Source of the DNA: a virus
DNA length: 64,000 nt
Strand: one strand, 5' to 3'
Virus record (IMG/VR): IMGVR_UViG_3300025437_000010
Location: 1 to 64,000 of that record
The notes below the pieces were generated by a model that made no database searches, was not told the DNA's origin, and saw nothing but the letters and a program-made list of their open reading frames with translations. A program made the position numbers and the translations under genes. The stretch's first letter is position 1; the number at the start of each line of letters is the position of its first letter. Shown one piece after another: positions 10,729 through 19,631 of the stretch.

Positions 10729-11130
10729 ATGTTTACTCTTTCGGACATCAACTCGCTGACCAACTCGCACGATGGTGACATCTACTCTGATCTTTTCAAA
10801 GATGTTCACGGATTCCGTCCGCGTGGTACGAGTTTTGTGTCTCTTGAAGACTTTAACGAAGACTTCGAGAATCTGATCGTTCAACTGAATGCTCACAACC
10901 AAGAAGAAGCTGTTCGCCAAGAAAAAAATTGGAATAAGTTCCTCGCCCGCGTCTTTGAAGTTCGTGACATTGTGGTTCAGACCACCACCGAAGATGCCAT
11001 CTACATCATTGCTGATGCGGAAGGTATCACCACCGACGAACTCAAGTTCTATGGTTGGGAAATTCTTGAGCATGAACTGAACCTCAAATATGGTTCTATC
11101 AAGGCTTATCTTGCGGAAGGAGTAAATTAA
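10729..11130 (+). CDS. Hypothetical early protein (YSDLFKDVHGFRPR motif)
   Basis: AAGGA RBS and ATG at 10729; the motif resembles small T4-like phage proteins. Confidence 0.65.
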   Translation: MFTLSDINSLTNSHDGDIYSDLFKDVHGFRPRGTSFVSLEDFNEDFENLIVQLNAHNQEEAVRQEKNWNKFLARVFEVRDIVVQTTTEDAIYIIADAEGITTDELKFYGWEILEHELNLKYGSIKAYLAEGVN

Positions 11131-11348
11131 TGGACACGCCTGGCCAATATGATTTTGAAAATTTCGCAAAATTGTTTAGTATTTTGAAATGTCGGTTCAA
11201 AGATCAGGATAATCCCGATCTTGCTGCGTTTGTCTATATTGCAGCCTTGGTGCCATCATATGTGCCATCTGACGTATTGAAGTTTCATGTTGAGTTTAAT
11301 CAAAAGGCTGTATTAGACGAGACCATCAAACAGCAAGCAAAATGGTAA
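11130..11348 (+). CDS. Hypothetical protein
   Basis: TAATG coupling to the upstream gene and a GGAG RBS. Confidence 0.55.
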   Translation: MDTPGQYDFENFAKLFSILKCRFKDQDNPDLAAFVYIAALVPSYVPSDVLKFHVEFNQKAVLDETIKQQAKW

Positions 11349-11355
11349 ATTTAAT

Positions 11356-11685
11356 ATGACCAACCCTAAAGTTACTATTAGACCAAATGGAACCAAGGAA
11401 TGGTGGGTAAAAGGTCAGCTTCATCGCGAAGATGGACCTGCTATTGAATTTATAGATGGACATAAACAATGGTGGGTAAAAGGTCAGCTTCATCGCGAAG
11501 ATGGACCTGCTATTGAATTTACAGATGGTCAGAAGGAATGGTATCTGAATGGCAAACTCCATCGCGAAGATGGACCCGCAGTTGAACGTGCAGATGGTTC
11601 CAAGTGGTGGTATCTAAATGGCAAGGAAGTAGATCAACTTGTTTTTTGGGTCACTACCAAGGAACGAATGAAGGTAAAATCATGA
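11356..11685 (+). CDS. HREDGPA-repeat protein (3 x 23 aa)
   Basis: LHREDGPA(I/V)E...W(W/Y) repeats; paralogue of 38371..38844. Confidence 0.8.
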   Translation: MTNPKVTIRPNGTKEWWVKGQLHREDGPAIEFIDGHKQWWVKGQLHREDGPAIEFTDGQKEWYLNGKLHREDGPAVERADGSKWWYLNGKEVDQLVFWVTTKERMKVKS

Positions 11686-11987
11686 ACATGGATGTAAATC
11701 AAAGACAGCTATTGATCAGTAAAAGCGATGATCTTTTTGATATTCTGCGTGATGAACAGGTTACCTTGTCCACTGCAGAATTGATTGAATTCAAAATAAA
11801 TTTAGATATCTCCCCTTTATATAAGCTTCCTTTATTGAATATGTTTAAATTCGAGAGTTGTTTATTTACTAAAAATGGCAGTGAAGTAATAGCGCGTTAT
11901 AACACATGGGAAAAGGCAGTTAAGGGACACCAGTTTCTTTCTGAAAAATATGGATTGACAATTCATGAAGAATATGTTATACCATAG
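11682..11987 (+). CDS. Hypothetical protein
   Basis: ATGA overlap with the upstream stop; RYNTWEKAVKGH motif. Confidence 0.55.
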   Translation: MNMDVNQRQLLISKSDDLFDILRDEQVTLSTAELIEFKINLDISPLYKLPLLNMFKFESCLFTKNGSEVIARYNTWEKAVKGHQFLSEKYGLTIHEEYVIP

Positions 11988-11989
11988 CT

Positions 11990-12502
11990 ATGATTGTGGA
12001 TAGTTTTGGACAACAGGTATATACTGAACAAGACCTTTGTGACTTATATTTAACTAACCCCGACATTGAACTCAAAAATGTTCTCGTTGCAGAGCAGATT
12101 AAGTTTGATGTCGCGCTTGATTTAGTTAAAGTCCCAACACTGAAACAGTATGATGTAAATGATCTTGATCTTACGATTGAAGAGTTTGATCGGCGCGCGC
12201 GCAACAAATGGTTCATTCCAAACGACTATCGCGATTTTGATATTGCAAAATTTGTATTAGATCAATGCGCAGATGAAACAGAATTGCAAAGAGCAGGAGA
12301 AGAACTTCTGCTATATCAAGAACGCGATATGTTCATGCTTTTAAGATATCTCAAATATCTTGTTGACACCATGCGTCAAAACAACATTGTATGGGGCGTT
12401 GGGCGCGGCTCCAGCGTAAGCAGTTTTGTTTTATATTTGATCGGAGTGCATCGCATTAATTCACTGTACTACGATCTTTCCGCAGATGAATTTTTCAAAT
12501 AG
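11990..12502 (+). CDS. DNA polymerase III alpha (DnaE)-like fragment
   Basis: YLVDTMRQNNIVWGVGRGSSVSSFVLYLIGV matches the DnaE G-x-G-R-G-S region; only 170 aa. Confidence 0.8.
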   Translation: MIVDSFGQQVYTEQDLCDLYLTNPDIELKNVLVAEQIKFDVALDLVKVPTLKQYDVNDLDLTIEEFDRRARNKWFIPNDYRDFDIAKFVLDQCADETELQRAGEELLLYQERDMFMLLRYLKYLVDTMRQNNIVWGVGRGSSVSSFVLYLIGVHRINSLYYDLSADEFFK

Positions 12503-12515
12503 CAGTGTTTCTGAA

Positions 12516-12523
12516 TATAAATA
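12516..12523 (+). promoter_or_regulatory. T4-like late promoter (TATAAATA)
   Basis: Exact T4 late consensus, followed by a GAGGAG RBS. Confidence 0.7.
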
Positions 12524-12542
12524 CAAGACAGAGGAGATTAAA

Positions 12543-12899
12543 ATGGCACAATATAGAACAGCACAGGGAAAGAGTTTAGATATGGCAGCACTCGCAGCCA
12601 GAAATGAGCGCGTTCGTGCAGTTGGGAATATGCCCGTAAATGCAAGAGGCGATACTATTGACTCACAGGGAAAAATCATCTTACCAGTGACACAGGCAAC
12701 TTCGGAAGCATATAAAAGAACAGTAGCAGACCGTGCAGTAAATAATGTATCAAAAAATACGACACCCAACTATCCAGCAACAGTTGATTCAATTGAAGAA
12801 TTTACTGCCGATGATCTTGGGTTTGATGATGCAGATTCAATTGAAATTGAAACGATTAAAGCACAAGAATTAAAAACCACAAGTAGAAAAACTAAGTAA
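12543..12899 (+). CDS. Hypothetical late protein
   Basis: GAGGAG RBS and ATG at 12543; sequence YRTAQGKSLDM...RAVGNMPVNARGD. Confidence 0.65.
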   Translation: MAQYRTAQGKSLDMAALAARNERVRAVGNMPVNARGDTIDSQGKIILPVTQATSEAYKRTVADRAVNNVSKNTTPNYPATVDSIEEFTADDLGFDDADSIEIETIKAQELKTTSRKTK

Positions 12900-12901
12900 G
12901 T

Positions 12902-13273
12902 ATGGCAAACGCAGTACACATTACTAAATCTAAAATTAATAGTAAAACATTTAAAGCAACAAAAGGAACCATCTTAGTTCATGGGATGGATTTCAATGAA
13001 AGAATCACTCATTCAGGAATTATTCTTCCTGATGATGATATGAAGAGTGCTGGAATTAGGCCGCGATGGGCGCAAGTCTATGCGGTAGGTTCCGACATTC
13101 AAGATGTAAATGTAGATGATTATATTATGATAGCACACGGTCGCTGGTCAAGAGGTCAAGCAATTGAAGATGAGACCGGCGAGAAAGTAATCCGTAAAGT
13201 AGACCCTAAAGATATATTATTAATAAGTGATACTAAAATAGACGATTACACATTAAGTGATAAAGCAATTTAA
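12902..13273 (+). CDS. groES: Co-chaperonin GroES-like protein
   Basis: ERITHSGIILP mobile loop, then VYAVG...V.V.D.I and a C-terminal DIL motif. Confidence 0.75.
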   Translation: MANAVHITKSKINSKTFKATKGTILVHGMDFNERITHSGIILPDDDMKSAGIRPRWAQVYAVGSDIQDVNVDDYIMIAHGRWSRGQAIEDETGEKVIRKVDPKDILLISDTKIDDYTLSDKAI

Positions 13274-13278
13274 TAATC

Positions 13279-13412
13279 AATGAGGCATGAATAATGGATT
13301 CATGTGTGGACGAAAATATGTGAGACTAAGTAAGTTTCACCCATTACTCATTAAATTTTAGGGAGTGGATAAACATCTTGGCAGAATTGAAAACTGACCC
13401 CACTCCCTAAAA
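13279..13412 (+). ncRNA. Candidate structured intergenic RNA (3-way junction plus 13-bp stem)
   Basis: Stems 13288-97/13341-50, CAUGU/AUAUG and GUGAGAC/GUUUCAC, plus a perfect inverted repeat at 13356-13368/13400-13412. Confidence 0.35.
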
Positions 13413-13415
13413 AAC

Positions 13416-13444
13416 TTGATATTTTCCTTAACATAGTATATTAT
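13416..13444 (+). promoter_or_regulatory. sigma70-type promoter
   Basis: TTGATA-N17-TATTAT upstream of the clamp loader gene. Confidence 0.55.
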
Positions 13445-13471
13445 ATAAACTCAAATAAATGAAAGTAGACA

Positions 13472-14398
13472 ATGAAACAAAAACTTTGGGTTGAGGCTTA
13501 CAGACCTACGTCTGTAAATGATTACGTATTTGTTAATGAACAACAGCAGAAGCAGGTAGAACATTGGATCGCAGAAGGCATTATTCCACACCTGCTTCTT
13601 TCTGGTAATCCGGGCACTGGCAAAACTACGCTTGCTAAAGTTCTTATTAAGGAACTTGGTGTAGAGGAATATGATGTCCTTGAAATTAATGCGTCACGTG
13701 AAAATGGTATTGATTTCCTTCGTGATAAAATCAATGGTTTTGTGCAGACTATGCCATTCGGTAAATTCAAGGTCGTTTTACTAGACGAAGCCGACTATTT
13801 GACGCAGGCATCACAGGCTGCATTACGTAATGACATGGAAGCATATGCTGATACCGTGCGTTACATTTTAACTTGTAACTATGAACACAAGATCATTCCT
13901 GCATTACGTGAAAGCCGTTGCTACAAGTTTCATATTGCCAAGCCCGATATGACTGACTTTACCACCCGTGCTGCCACTGTGCTGCTCACCGAGGGCGTTG
14001 AATTTGATTTAGATGATTTGGACACTTATGTTCGTAGCTGCTATCCTGACCTACGAAAATGCCTCAATCAATTGCAGCAGAATTCTACGAGTGGGACGCT
14101 GAGCAAACCGCAGTCAACCGGTAGTGGAGAAGACGAACTTCTGATGGTAGCCACGGAACTTTTTAAGTCTGGAAACATTCTTGAAGGTCGTCAGCAGTTG
14201 TTGCAATACATTTCATTGTATCCTACACGTATTGAGGATTTGGTTCGCTGGGCATATGATAATCTTGATCTATGGGGAAAGACTAACGAACAAAAAGATG
14301 CAGCAATCATTACTATTCGGAACACACTAGCAAATTTGCCACTAGTGGGAATTCCTGAAATAAGCATTGCTGCTATGATGGTAGAACTCACTGCCTAA
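13472..14398 (+). CDS. Clamp loader AAA+ subunit (RFC small subunit / T4 gp44-like)
   Basis: LWVEAYRP, Walker A GNPGTGKTT, EINAS, Walker B VLLDEAD and the SRC motif. Confidence 0.92.
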   Translation: MKQKLWVEAYRPTSVNDYVFVNEQQQKQVEHWIAEGIIPHLLLSGNPGTGKTTLAKVLIKELGVEEYDVLEINASRENGIDFLRDKINGFVQTMPFGKFKVVLLDEADYLTQASQAALRNDMEAYADTVRYILTCNYEHKIIPALRESRCYKFHIAKPDMTDFTTRAATVLLTEGVEFDLDDLDTYVRSCYPDLRKCLNQLQQNSTSGTLSKPQSTGSGEDELLMVATELFKSGNILEGRQQLLQYISLYPTRIEDLVRWAYDNLDLWGKTNEQKDAAIITIRNTLANLPLVGIPEISIAAMMVELTA

Positions 14399-14412
14399 AT
14401 TTGGTTTCCAGT

Positions 14413-14721
14413 ATGATCTATCTAGGTGCAAGCATTCGTTGGCCATGGTTTAAAGGCTATAAAAGTATTTATGATGACTATTTGTATAAGTCATGGAGCG
14501 TGTCCAAGAACAAAACTCTTGAACTACAGGTTAGTAAAGGTGGCGATGACCTTATAGGGTTTATGTTTAGTTGGAGTATGCGACGGGATCATGCAGGACT
14601 AGACATTGAGGTTTCGCTGTTCCGCCGTTTTATCCTTATCTCATTCCATGACAACCGACACTGGAATGATAATACAAGCCGCTATATCAACTATGATGAT
14701 CCAGAAGAAGTTAAGGAGTAA
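14413..14721 (+). CDS. Hypothetical protein
   Basis: ORF with DHAG...D.RHWN motif. Confidence 0.55.
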   Translation: MIYLGASIRWPWFKGYKSIYDDYLYKSWSVSKNKTLELQVSKGGDDLIGFMFSWSMRRDHAGLDIEVSLFRRFILISFHDNRHWNDNTSRYINYDDPEEVKE

Positions 14722-14726
14722 TATGA

Positions 14727-15011
14727 ATGAGATATCTTGTAGTAAATTTTTTAAGAAAAAATAACGGCAGAATTGATGAAATCGTTTCTGTTTCCAAAGA
14801 CGTAACACCACGCGTCAAAGAAAATTCTAATGTCATTGTTGATTTTGGAACTAAGACTATCGTTAAGTCGGTAATTGAAGGTAAGGAACATGACGCTGAT
14901 TTTGATAAACTTCGGGAATACTATTTGAAGATTTATCCTAATCTAATCGGTCAACTTGATAGGGAGGCTCCTATCACCATGGCTGAACAGAAAAGTGGTA
15001 AGAAGAAATGA
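14727..15011 (+). CDS. Hypothetical protein
   Basis: AAGGAG RBS; 94 aa. Confidence 0.6.
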   Translation: MRYLVVNFLRKNNGRIDEIVSVSKDVTPRVKENSNVIVDFGTKTIVKSVIEGKEHDADFDKLREYYLKIYPNLIGQLDREAPITMAEQKSGKKK

Positions 15012-15058
15012 TTGAAAAGAATTAATTAAATAATTAAGTAACAGAACTCCTGTTAATT

Positions 15059-15718
15059 TTATTTTGCCCAATTCCAATTATTACTATTTTTTCTTTGCTT
15101 TTTAGATTTTTGCTGTCTTCTAAGTCGTTCTAAAAGTGCTCTTGTGGAACAATTATTTAATTTGGCAGCTTCAATTACGGATTCATATAAAGTTCCATCT
15201 GGACCAATACATGAATTTTTTGCTAAATTGGTTTTTTTACCACCAAAAAATCTTTTGTCCCATGGTCCTCTACCGAGAACATAATCTGCAGGTTGTGTCC
15301 CTTCACTAACATAGATGCAATTTTGCCCATTGTTATACCAACGCAGATTTTGTTCGTTTATGGCAGATTTTCCAAACATCGGATTCAATGGACCCTTTAC
15401 TTTTTCTGCCATTTTCGGGTCTTTCATCGGGTTTAATTGTCCAGATGCAAAACCATCACCTTCTTCTGGTTTTAGGTTGGCCCATTCATCACTTTCAACG
15501 ACGTTCCACAATTCGCTATAATAAAGGCCCCAATGCTTTAATTCTTCAACTGTCAGACACTCTTTAAGAATTTCAGTAGTGACATCATATCCGTATTTTT
15601 TGATATGAGGAATCCAATCATTACCTGATCCCTTATATTTATATGGGTTTTGGACAGTTTTCCCAAGATACTTTAATCCGGTTTTGTTGTGGGTTTTTTT
15701 GTATAGATAAATAGTCAT
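15059..15718 (-). CDS. Free-standing GIY-YIG-like homing endonuclease with NUMOD-type DNA-binding modules
   Basis: N-terminal YLY...GLKYLGKT...Y.GSG, then NPMFGK, WYNNG and a C-terminal YESVIEAA helix-turn-helix-like segment. Confidence 0.75.
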   Translation of the reverse strand: MTIYLYKKTHNKTGLKYLGKTVQNPYKYKGSGNDWIPHIKKYGYDVTTEILKECLTVEELKHWGLYYSELWNVVESDEWANLKPEEGDGFASGQLNPMKDPKMAEKVKGPLNPMFGKSAINEQNLRWYNNGQNCIYVSEGTQPADYVLGRGPWDKRFFGGKKTNLAKNSCIGPDGTLYESVIEAAKLNNCSTRALLERLRRQQKSKKQRKNSNNWNWAK

Positions 15719-15789
15719 GCTGATTGCTTCTTAATAGCGTTAGATAGGGTGGGGACTGCACTCCCGCGACCCTTATATAATGTATTTAT
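15719..15789 (-). promoter_or_regulatory. Late promoter plus structured 5' leader of the endonuclease gene
   Basis: On the minus strand, ATAAATA (15789-15783) is followed by the hairpin AGGGU-CGC-GGGA...UCCC-C-ACCCU and a second stem next to the start codon. Confidence 0.5.
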
Positions 15790-16571
15790 TCTTCTCCATA
15801 TAGTTTTAAAATATGTGTGATGATTTCATGTCTTCTAATATCTCTATTATCAAATGCGCAAAATGTCATTCCAGGAACAGTGTGTGATTGTGCGCGATAT
15901 ATAAGGTCCAACAATCCATTGTCTGGTGTTTTTCTATCTGCCTGCTTGGTATCGCCTGTAATGACTAACTTACTGCCCTCACCAATTCTAGTCATTATCA
16001 TTTTCATCAGGTGTGGCGAGCAATTCTGCATTTCGTCACATATGATCCACGCATTTTTAAATGTTCTCCCTCTACAAAATGCCAAGGGGGCAATCTCGAT
16101 TATTTGTTCCTTTATCATATATTCTAGTTCAGTGACACTATAATATTCACGCATAACATCAAACAACGGTCTTACCCAAGGTTCCATTTTTGCGTTTAAA
16201 TCTCCTGGTAAAAATCCATGTTGTTCTGCGTCCGCAGCTACTGCTGGTCTTGTAAGTAATATTTTATCACAGTCTCCTTGTCTCATTGCTTTGATTGCTG
16301 CTAACATAGCAAGGTATGTCTTTCCGGTTCCCGCTGGCCCACTAACCACTACGATGTCTGTTTCAGGGTCTGTCAATGCGATGATATATTTTTCCTGATT
16401 TATGCTCTGAGGCACTAACTCTACTGGTTTAGTTTGCTTTTTGGGTTGGGATTGAGTGAAGTCAATAGTCTTTGATTCTTTAGTGTAAAATACTTTACCT
16501 TCAGTTTCTTGATATCTTCTTCCTGATCGGGTGTCTTTTTGTCTAAGGGCGCTTGTTTTGCGTTTAGTCAC
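15786..16571 (-). CDS. phoH: PhoH family ATPase
   Basis: GPAGTGKTYLA, LTRPAV, GFLPGDL..KM.PW, RGRTF, DEMQN, TRIGEGSK and GD..QAD motifs. Confidence 0.93.
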   Translation of the reverse strand: MTKRKTSALRQKDTRSGRRYQETEGKVFYTKESKTIDFTQSQPKKQTKPVELVPQSINQEKYIIALTDPETDIVVVSGPAGTGKTYLAMLAAIKAMRQGDCDKILLTRPAVAADAEQHGFLPGDLNAKMEPWVRPLFDVMREYYSVTELEYMIKEQIIEIAPLAFCRGRTFKNAWIICDEMQNCSPHLMKMIMTRIGEGSKLVITGDTKQADRKTPDNGLLDLIYRAQSHTVPGMTFCAFDNRDIRRHEIITHILKLYGEE

Positions 16572-16679
16572 GTGGTTCTCCTAATTTGATACACCATTCT
16601 TGAAATACACTTGTATCTCAGACTTACTTAGAGCGGGAAAACGAGTAAACTATCGGCAAGTGTAATTTAGTTTGCTAAG

Positions 16680-16716
16680 ATAAATACTAATCACATTTAC
16701 ACAAAGATGATAAATA
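16680..16716 (+). promoter_or_regulatory. Tandem late promoters
   Basis: ATAAATA at 16680 and at 16710. Confidence 0.55.
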
Positions 16717-16743
16717 GTCATAACAAAGTGGATTAATACTTAG

Positions 16744-17334
16744 ATGAGCAGTCTTCCAGCAGATAAATTTTTCAACGATGTCAACTTCGTAAGTATTGTT
16801 GATACCATCAAAAATGTGTATATGAGTGATGGTGCAATGTCCACATTACTTGATTTTGAGAGATGCTTGGACGAAGCAGACCTATATGCATACAAAAATT
16901 GGATTATTGGCGAATTGGTGGATGGTCCCAAAGTAGGAAGATATTCATGTAAATGTATTTTTATGTGGCCATATAAACTTATGCCAGACCCAAGAGGCGC
17001 GCTGAGATTAGAGTCCGTGGGGTGTAAAGTTACTTTTGGTAAATCAGAAGTTGAAGTTCCAATAGAAGTCAAAGATTATGATGACTTCGTTCCGGGCACA
17101 CGTTATCCAAAAATGCATAATAGAAAAGTTTGGTTTGTTGAAATTAGAATCCCAATTGAACTTATGAATGACATCAAGGAAGGATCAATTGACCTTGCTG
17201 ACCAATCAATTGACTTGTCAGACATTGAAGATGCATACAATGAAGATTTAGACAAAATGGATTCACCAGAAAGTGGTCCCGATACCATGCAGGATGAAAA
17301 TCAAAATGTAGGCGCGATGGGAATGCAGGTTTAA
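16744..17334 (+). CDS. Hypothetical late protein (acidic C-terminus)
   Basis: LLDFERCLDEADLYAYKNW...MPDPRGA motifs; late promoter upstream. Confidence 0.65.
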   Translation: MSSLPADKFFNDVNFVSIVDTIKNVYMSDGAMSTLLDFERCLDEADLYAYKNWIIGELVDGPKVGRYSCKCIFMWPYKLMPDPRGALRLESVGCKVTFGKSEVEVPIEVKDYDDFVPGTRYPKMHNRKVWFVEIRIPIELMNDIKEGSIDLADQSIDLSDIEDAYNEDLDKMDSPESGPDTMQDENQNVGAMGMQV

Positions 17335-17336
17335 TT

Positions 17337-17879
17337 ATGGCTATTATCACTGAAAATTTAGATTTCATGGATATGGAAGGGCAAATAGCCGACAGAATAT
17401 CAATTGATGAATACGCTGCAAAAATAGGCAGTGATGCTGATATTGTTACATTGGCTTTTATTGTTCATTCTGAATTGGCAGCAGATGATTTAGTAACATG
17501 GTTTGAACGCGGGTATGATTTTGTGCTTGATGCCAGCGTTAGCGATGGTGAAATTGAACCAGGCAAATATATGGTGTTTGTAGAAATGGATCGTAGAATG
17601 AAAGTTCCTGAGAGAATTTGTAATATTCTTTCTGATCTGGAAACCTTAACCGGATTTAAACTAAAAGATTGGACAGTTGATATACAAGGAGACGATTATG
17701 ATGCGGACCCTGAAATTATTGCTAAAAAAATGATTCTCAATCCCAATGAATATAAAACTGCTCGTGAAACAGACGAGAAGTTAAATGAAATTCGCGAACT
17801 GGCAGGTATTGAGCCAATTACTGCCGGTCATACCAATGATGAATACATCAAAAATTTAAAAGCAATGGCAGGAATGTAA
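17337..17879 (+). CDS. Hypothetical protein, possibly head-associated
   Basis: Starts MAIITE; C-terminal repeats IRELAGI and LKAMAGM. Confidence 0.6.
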   Translation: MAIITENLDFMDMEGQIADRISIDEYAAKIGSDADIVTLAFIVHSELAADDLVTWFERGYDFVLDASVSDGEIEPGKYMVFVEMDRRMKVPERICNILSDLETLTGFKLKDWTVDIQGDDYDADPEIIAKKMILNPNEYKTARETDEKLNEIRELAGIEPITAGHTNDEYIKNLKAMAGM

Positions 17880-17883
17880 TTAC

Positions 17884-18774
17884 ATGTCCGATAATCAAGA
17901 TTTGTCCCAAGGAAACCCAACTACAGATAATTCCTTACAGAACGGTGCTCTTTCACCAACTCCTTCATTAAATGATCAATCAAATGGAGATGATGATGGA
18001 AATCCGGATGATGATGAGGATGTTTCTCCTAAGCCATCATCAGAGCCTGCTGCTTTAGCCAATAAAAATCAAGATGAGCACATGCAGATTGTTGGAAAAA
18101 ACGATGAACATGTTGCATCAATGACTAGTGATCCGGATATGTTTCAACATATGCAACAAATGAATACCGCTTACAATCAAACATCTACCAGCATGGGCAG
18201 TGGCATGTCCGTTGGAATAGGCGTCACGCAATCAGGCATGGGCATGGGTGGTTCCATGGGTATGTCTGGTGGACTTGGTATGGGTGGTTCCATGGGTATG
18301 GGCGGCTCTATGGGCGGTGGACAGACAGGCATGGGGATGGGTGTAGTTGTTCAGGGCAACTTAACGGGCGCGGGCAATAATGCCGCACAAGGCGCTGACG
18401 TACTCGTTGCCAATACTAATGAAGACTGGATCAATAAAAAATGGCGTCCAGTAATGGGATGGATGTATATGGCAGTTTGCGTATTTGACTTTGTTATTGC
18501 GCCTATTTTGTGGTCAATAGTTCAGGCATACGCACATGGCGCTGTAAACGTACAGTGGCAACCACTTACCCTTCAAGGTGCTGGATTGTTTCATCTTTCT
18601 ATGGGTGCGGTTCTTGGTATCGCTGCATATGGGCGTACTCAAGAAAAGATTCAAGGCGTATCAAATGCATCAACAACCACCTCAGCCTTAACCGGAATCA
18701 CGCCTTCTGCTCCGCCAGCACCAACCGGTTTAACTAACCCAAGCATGCCAAACGGATTTGGTGGAATTCGTTAA
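17884..18774 (+). CDS. Holin-like membrane protein (3TM/GTA-holin-like) with low-complexity N-terminus
   Basis: WINKKWRPVMGWMYM, hydrophobic helices and LGIAAYGRTQEK. Confidence 0.65.
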   Translation: MSDNQDLSQGNPTTDNSLQNGALSPTPSLNDQSNGDDDGNPDDDEDVSPKPSSEPAALANKNQDEHMQIVGKNDEHVASMTSDPDMFQHMQQMNTAYNQTSTSMGSGMSVGIGVTQSGMGMGGSMGMSGGLGMGGSMGMGGSMGGGQTGMGMGVVVQGNLTGAGNNAAQGADVLVANTNEDWINKKWRPVMGWMYMAVCVFDFVIAPILWSIVQAYAHGAVNVQWQPLTLQGAGLFHLSMGAVLGIAAYGRTQEKIQGVSNASTTTSALTGITPSAPPAPTGLTNPSMPNGFGGIR

Positions 18775-18784
18775 AACATAATTG

Positions 18785-18813
18785 TTGACACTCAGTGCCT
18801 GATATGTTAGTAT
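18785..18813 (+). promoter_or_regulatory. sigma70-type promoter
   Basis: TTGACA-N17-TAGTAT with an extended -10 TG; the ATG follows only 6 nt later. Confidence 0.6.
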
Positions 18814-18819
18814 CTGAAT

Positions 18820-19620
18820 ATGGATCATTATAACACATTAGGCATTTCTCGTGATGCCACTTCGGAAGAAATCAAAAAAGCGTACCGCAAATTAGCAGTT
18901 CAACATCACCCCGATAAGCCGGGTGGTAATCTTGAAAAGTTTCAAGAAATTAGCAATGCATATGAAACATTAAGTGATCCTGCTAAAAAAGCATCATATG
19001 ATAATCCCCAGCCTCAGTTTAATGGTGCACCGGGTGGATTTAATTTCCATACTAATGGCTTTAACGTTGATGATTTGTTCAGTCAGTTATTTGGTCACCA
19101 AATGCACCATGGTGCGGCGAGGCAACCACAGAAGCCAATGTATCGCACGAGAGTCACTGTGTCTCTCTTAGATGCATATAATGGTGCCGATCATTTCCTG
19201 CAGGCCGCAACACCTACTGGCACAAAACTCATCAATATAAAGGTTCCAAAAGGTGTTGACTCAGGACACCAAATGCGGTATGAGAATCTAATAGACGATG
19301 GAACTCTAATCGTTGAATTTATCGTGCAGCCAGATTTGCATTTTGATCGTAAAGGAAATGATCTTTATACAAATCTCTCGATATCAGTGCTTGATCTGAT
19401 TGTAGGAACCTCTGTAGAGGTGAATACGATTGGTGGGAAGAAACTTGAAGTTGCTATTAGTCCAAGGACTCAGCCATATCAACAGATTAGAATACCCGGA
19501 TATGGAATGCCTACACAAAATGGACAACATGGTGATCAAATTCTCTTGCTAAAACCGACAATTCCTGATATAATTGCCGATGATATTATTGAAAGTATCA
19601 AGCGCAACCAAACTAACTAA
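18820..19620 (+). CDS. dnaJ: DnaJ-class (type II, CbpA-like) co-chaperone
   Basis: J-domain with HPD, a G/F-rich region and a C-terminal domain (F.R.GNDL, G.GMP, GD); no zinc finger. Confidence 0.92.
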   Translation: MDHYNTLGISRDATSEEIKKAYRKLAVQHHPDKPGGNLEKFQEISNAYETLSDPAKKASYDNPQPQFNGAPGGFNFHTNGFNVDDLFSQLFGHQMHHGAARQPQKPMYRTRVTVSLLDAYNGADHFLQAATPTGTKLINIKVPKGVDSGHQMRYENLIDDGTLIVEFIVQPDLHFDRKGNDLYTNLSISVLDLIVGTSVEVNTIGGKKLEVAISPRTQPYQQIRIPGYGMPTQNGQHGDQILLLKPTIPDIIADDIIESIKRNQTN

Positions 19621-19631
19621 AGGATAACAAA

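Noticed and set aside
13356-13412. Rho-independent terminator
   Set aside because: The loop is 31 nt and there is no U-tract after the stem on either strand, so it is kept only as an ncRNA candidate.
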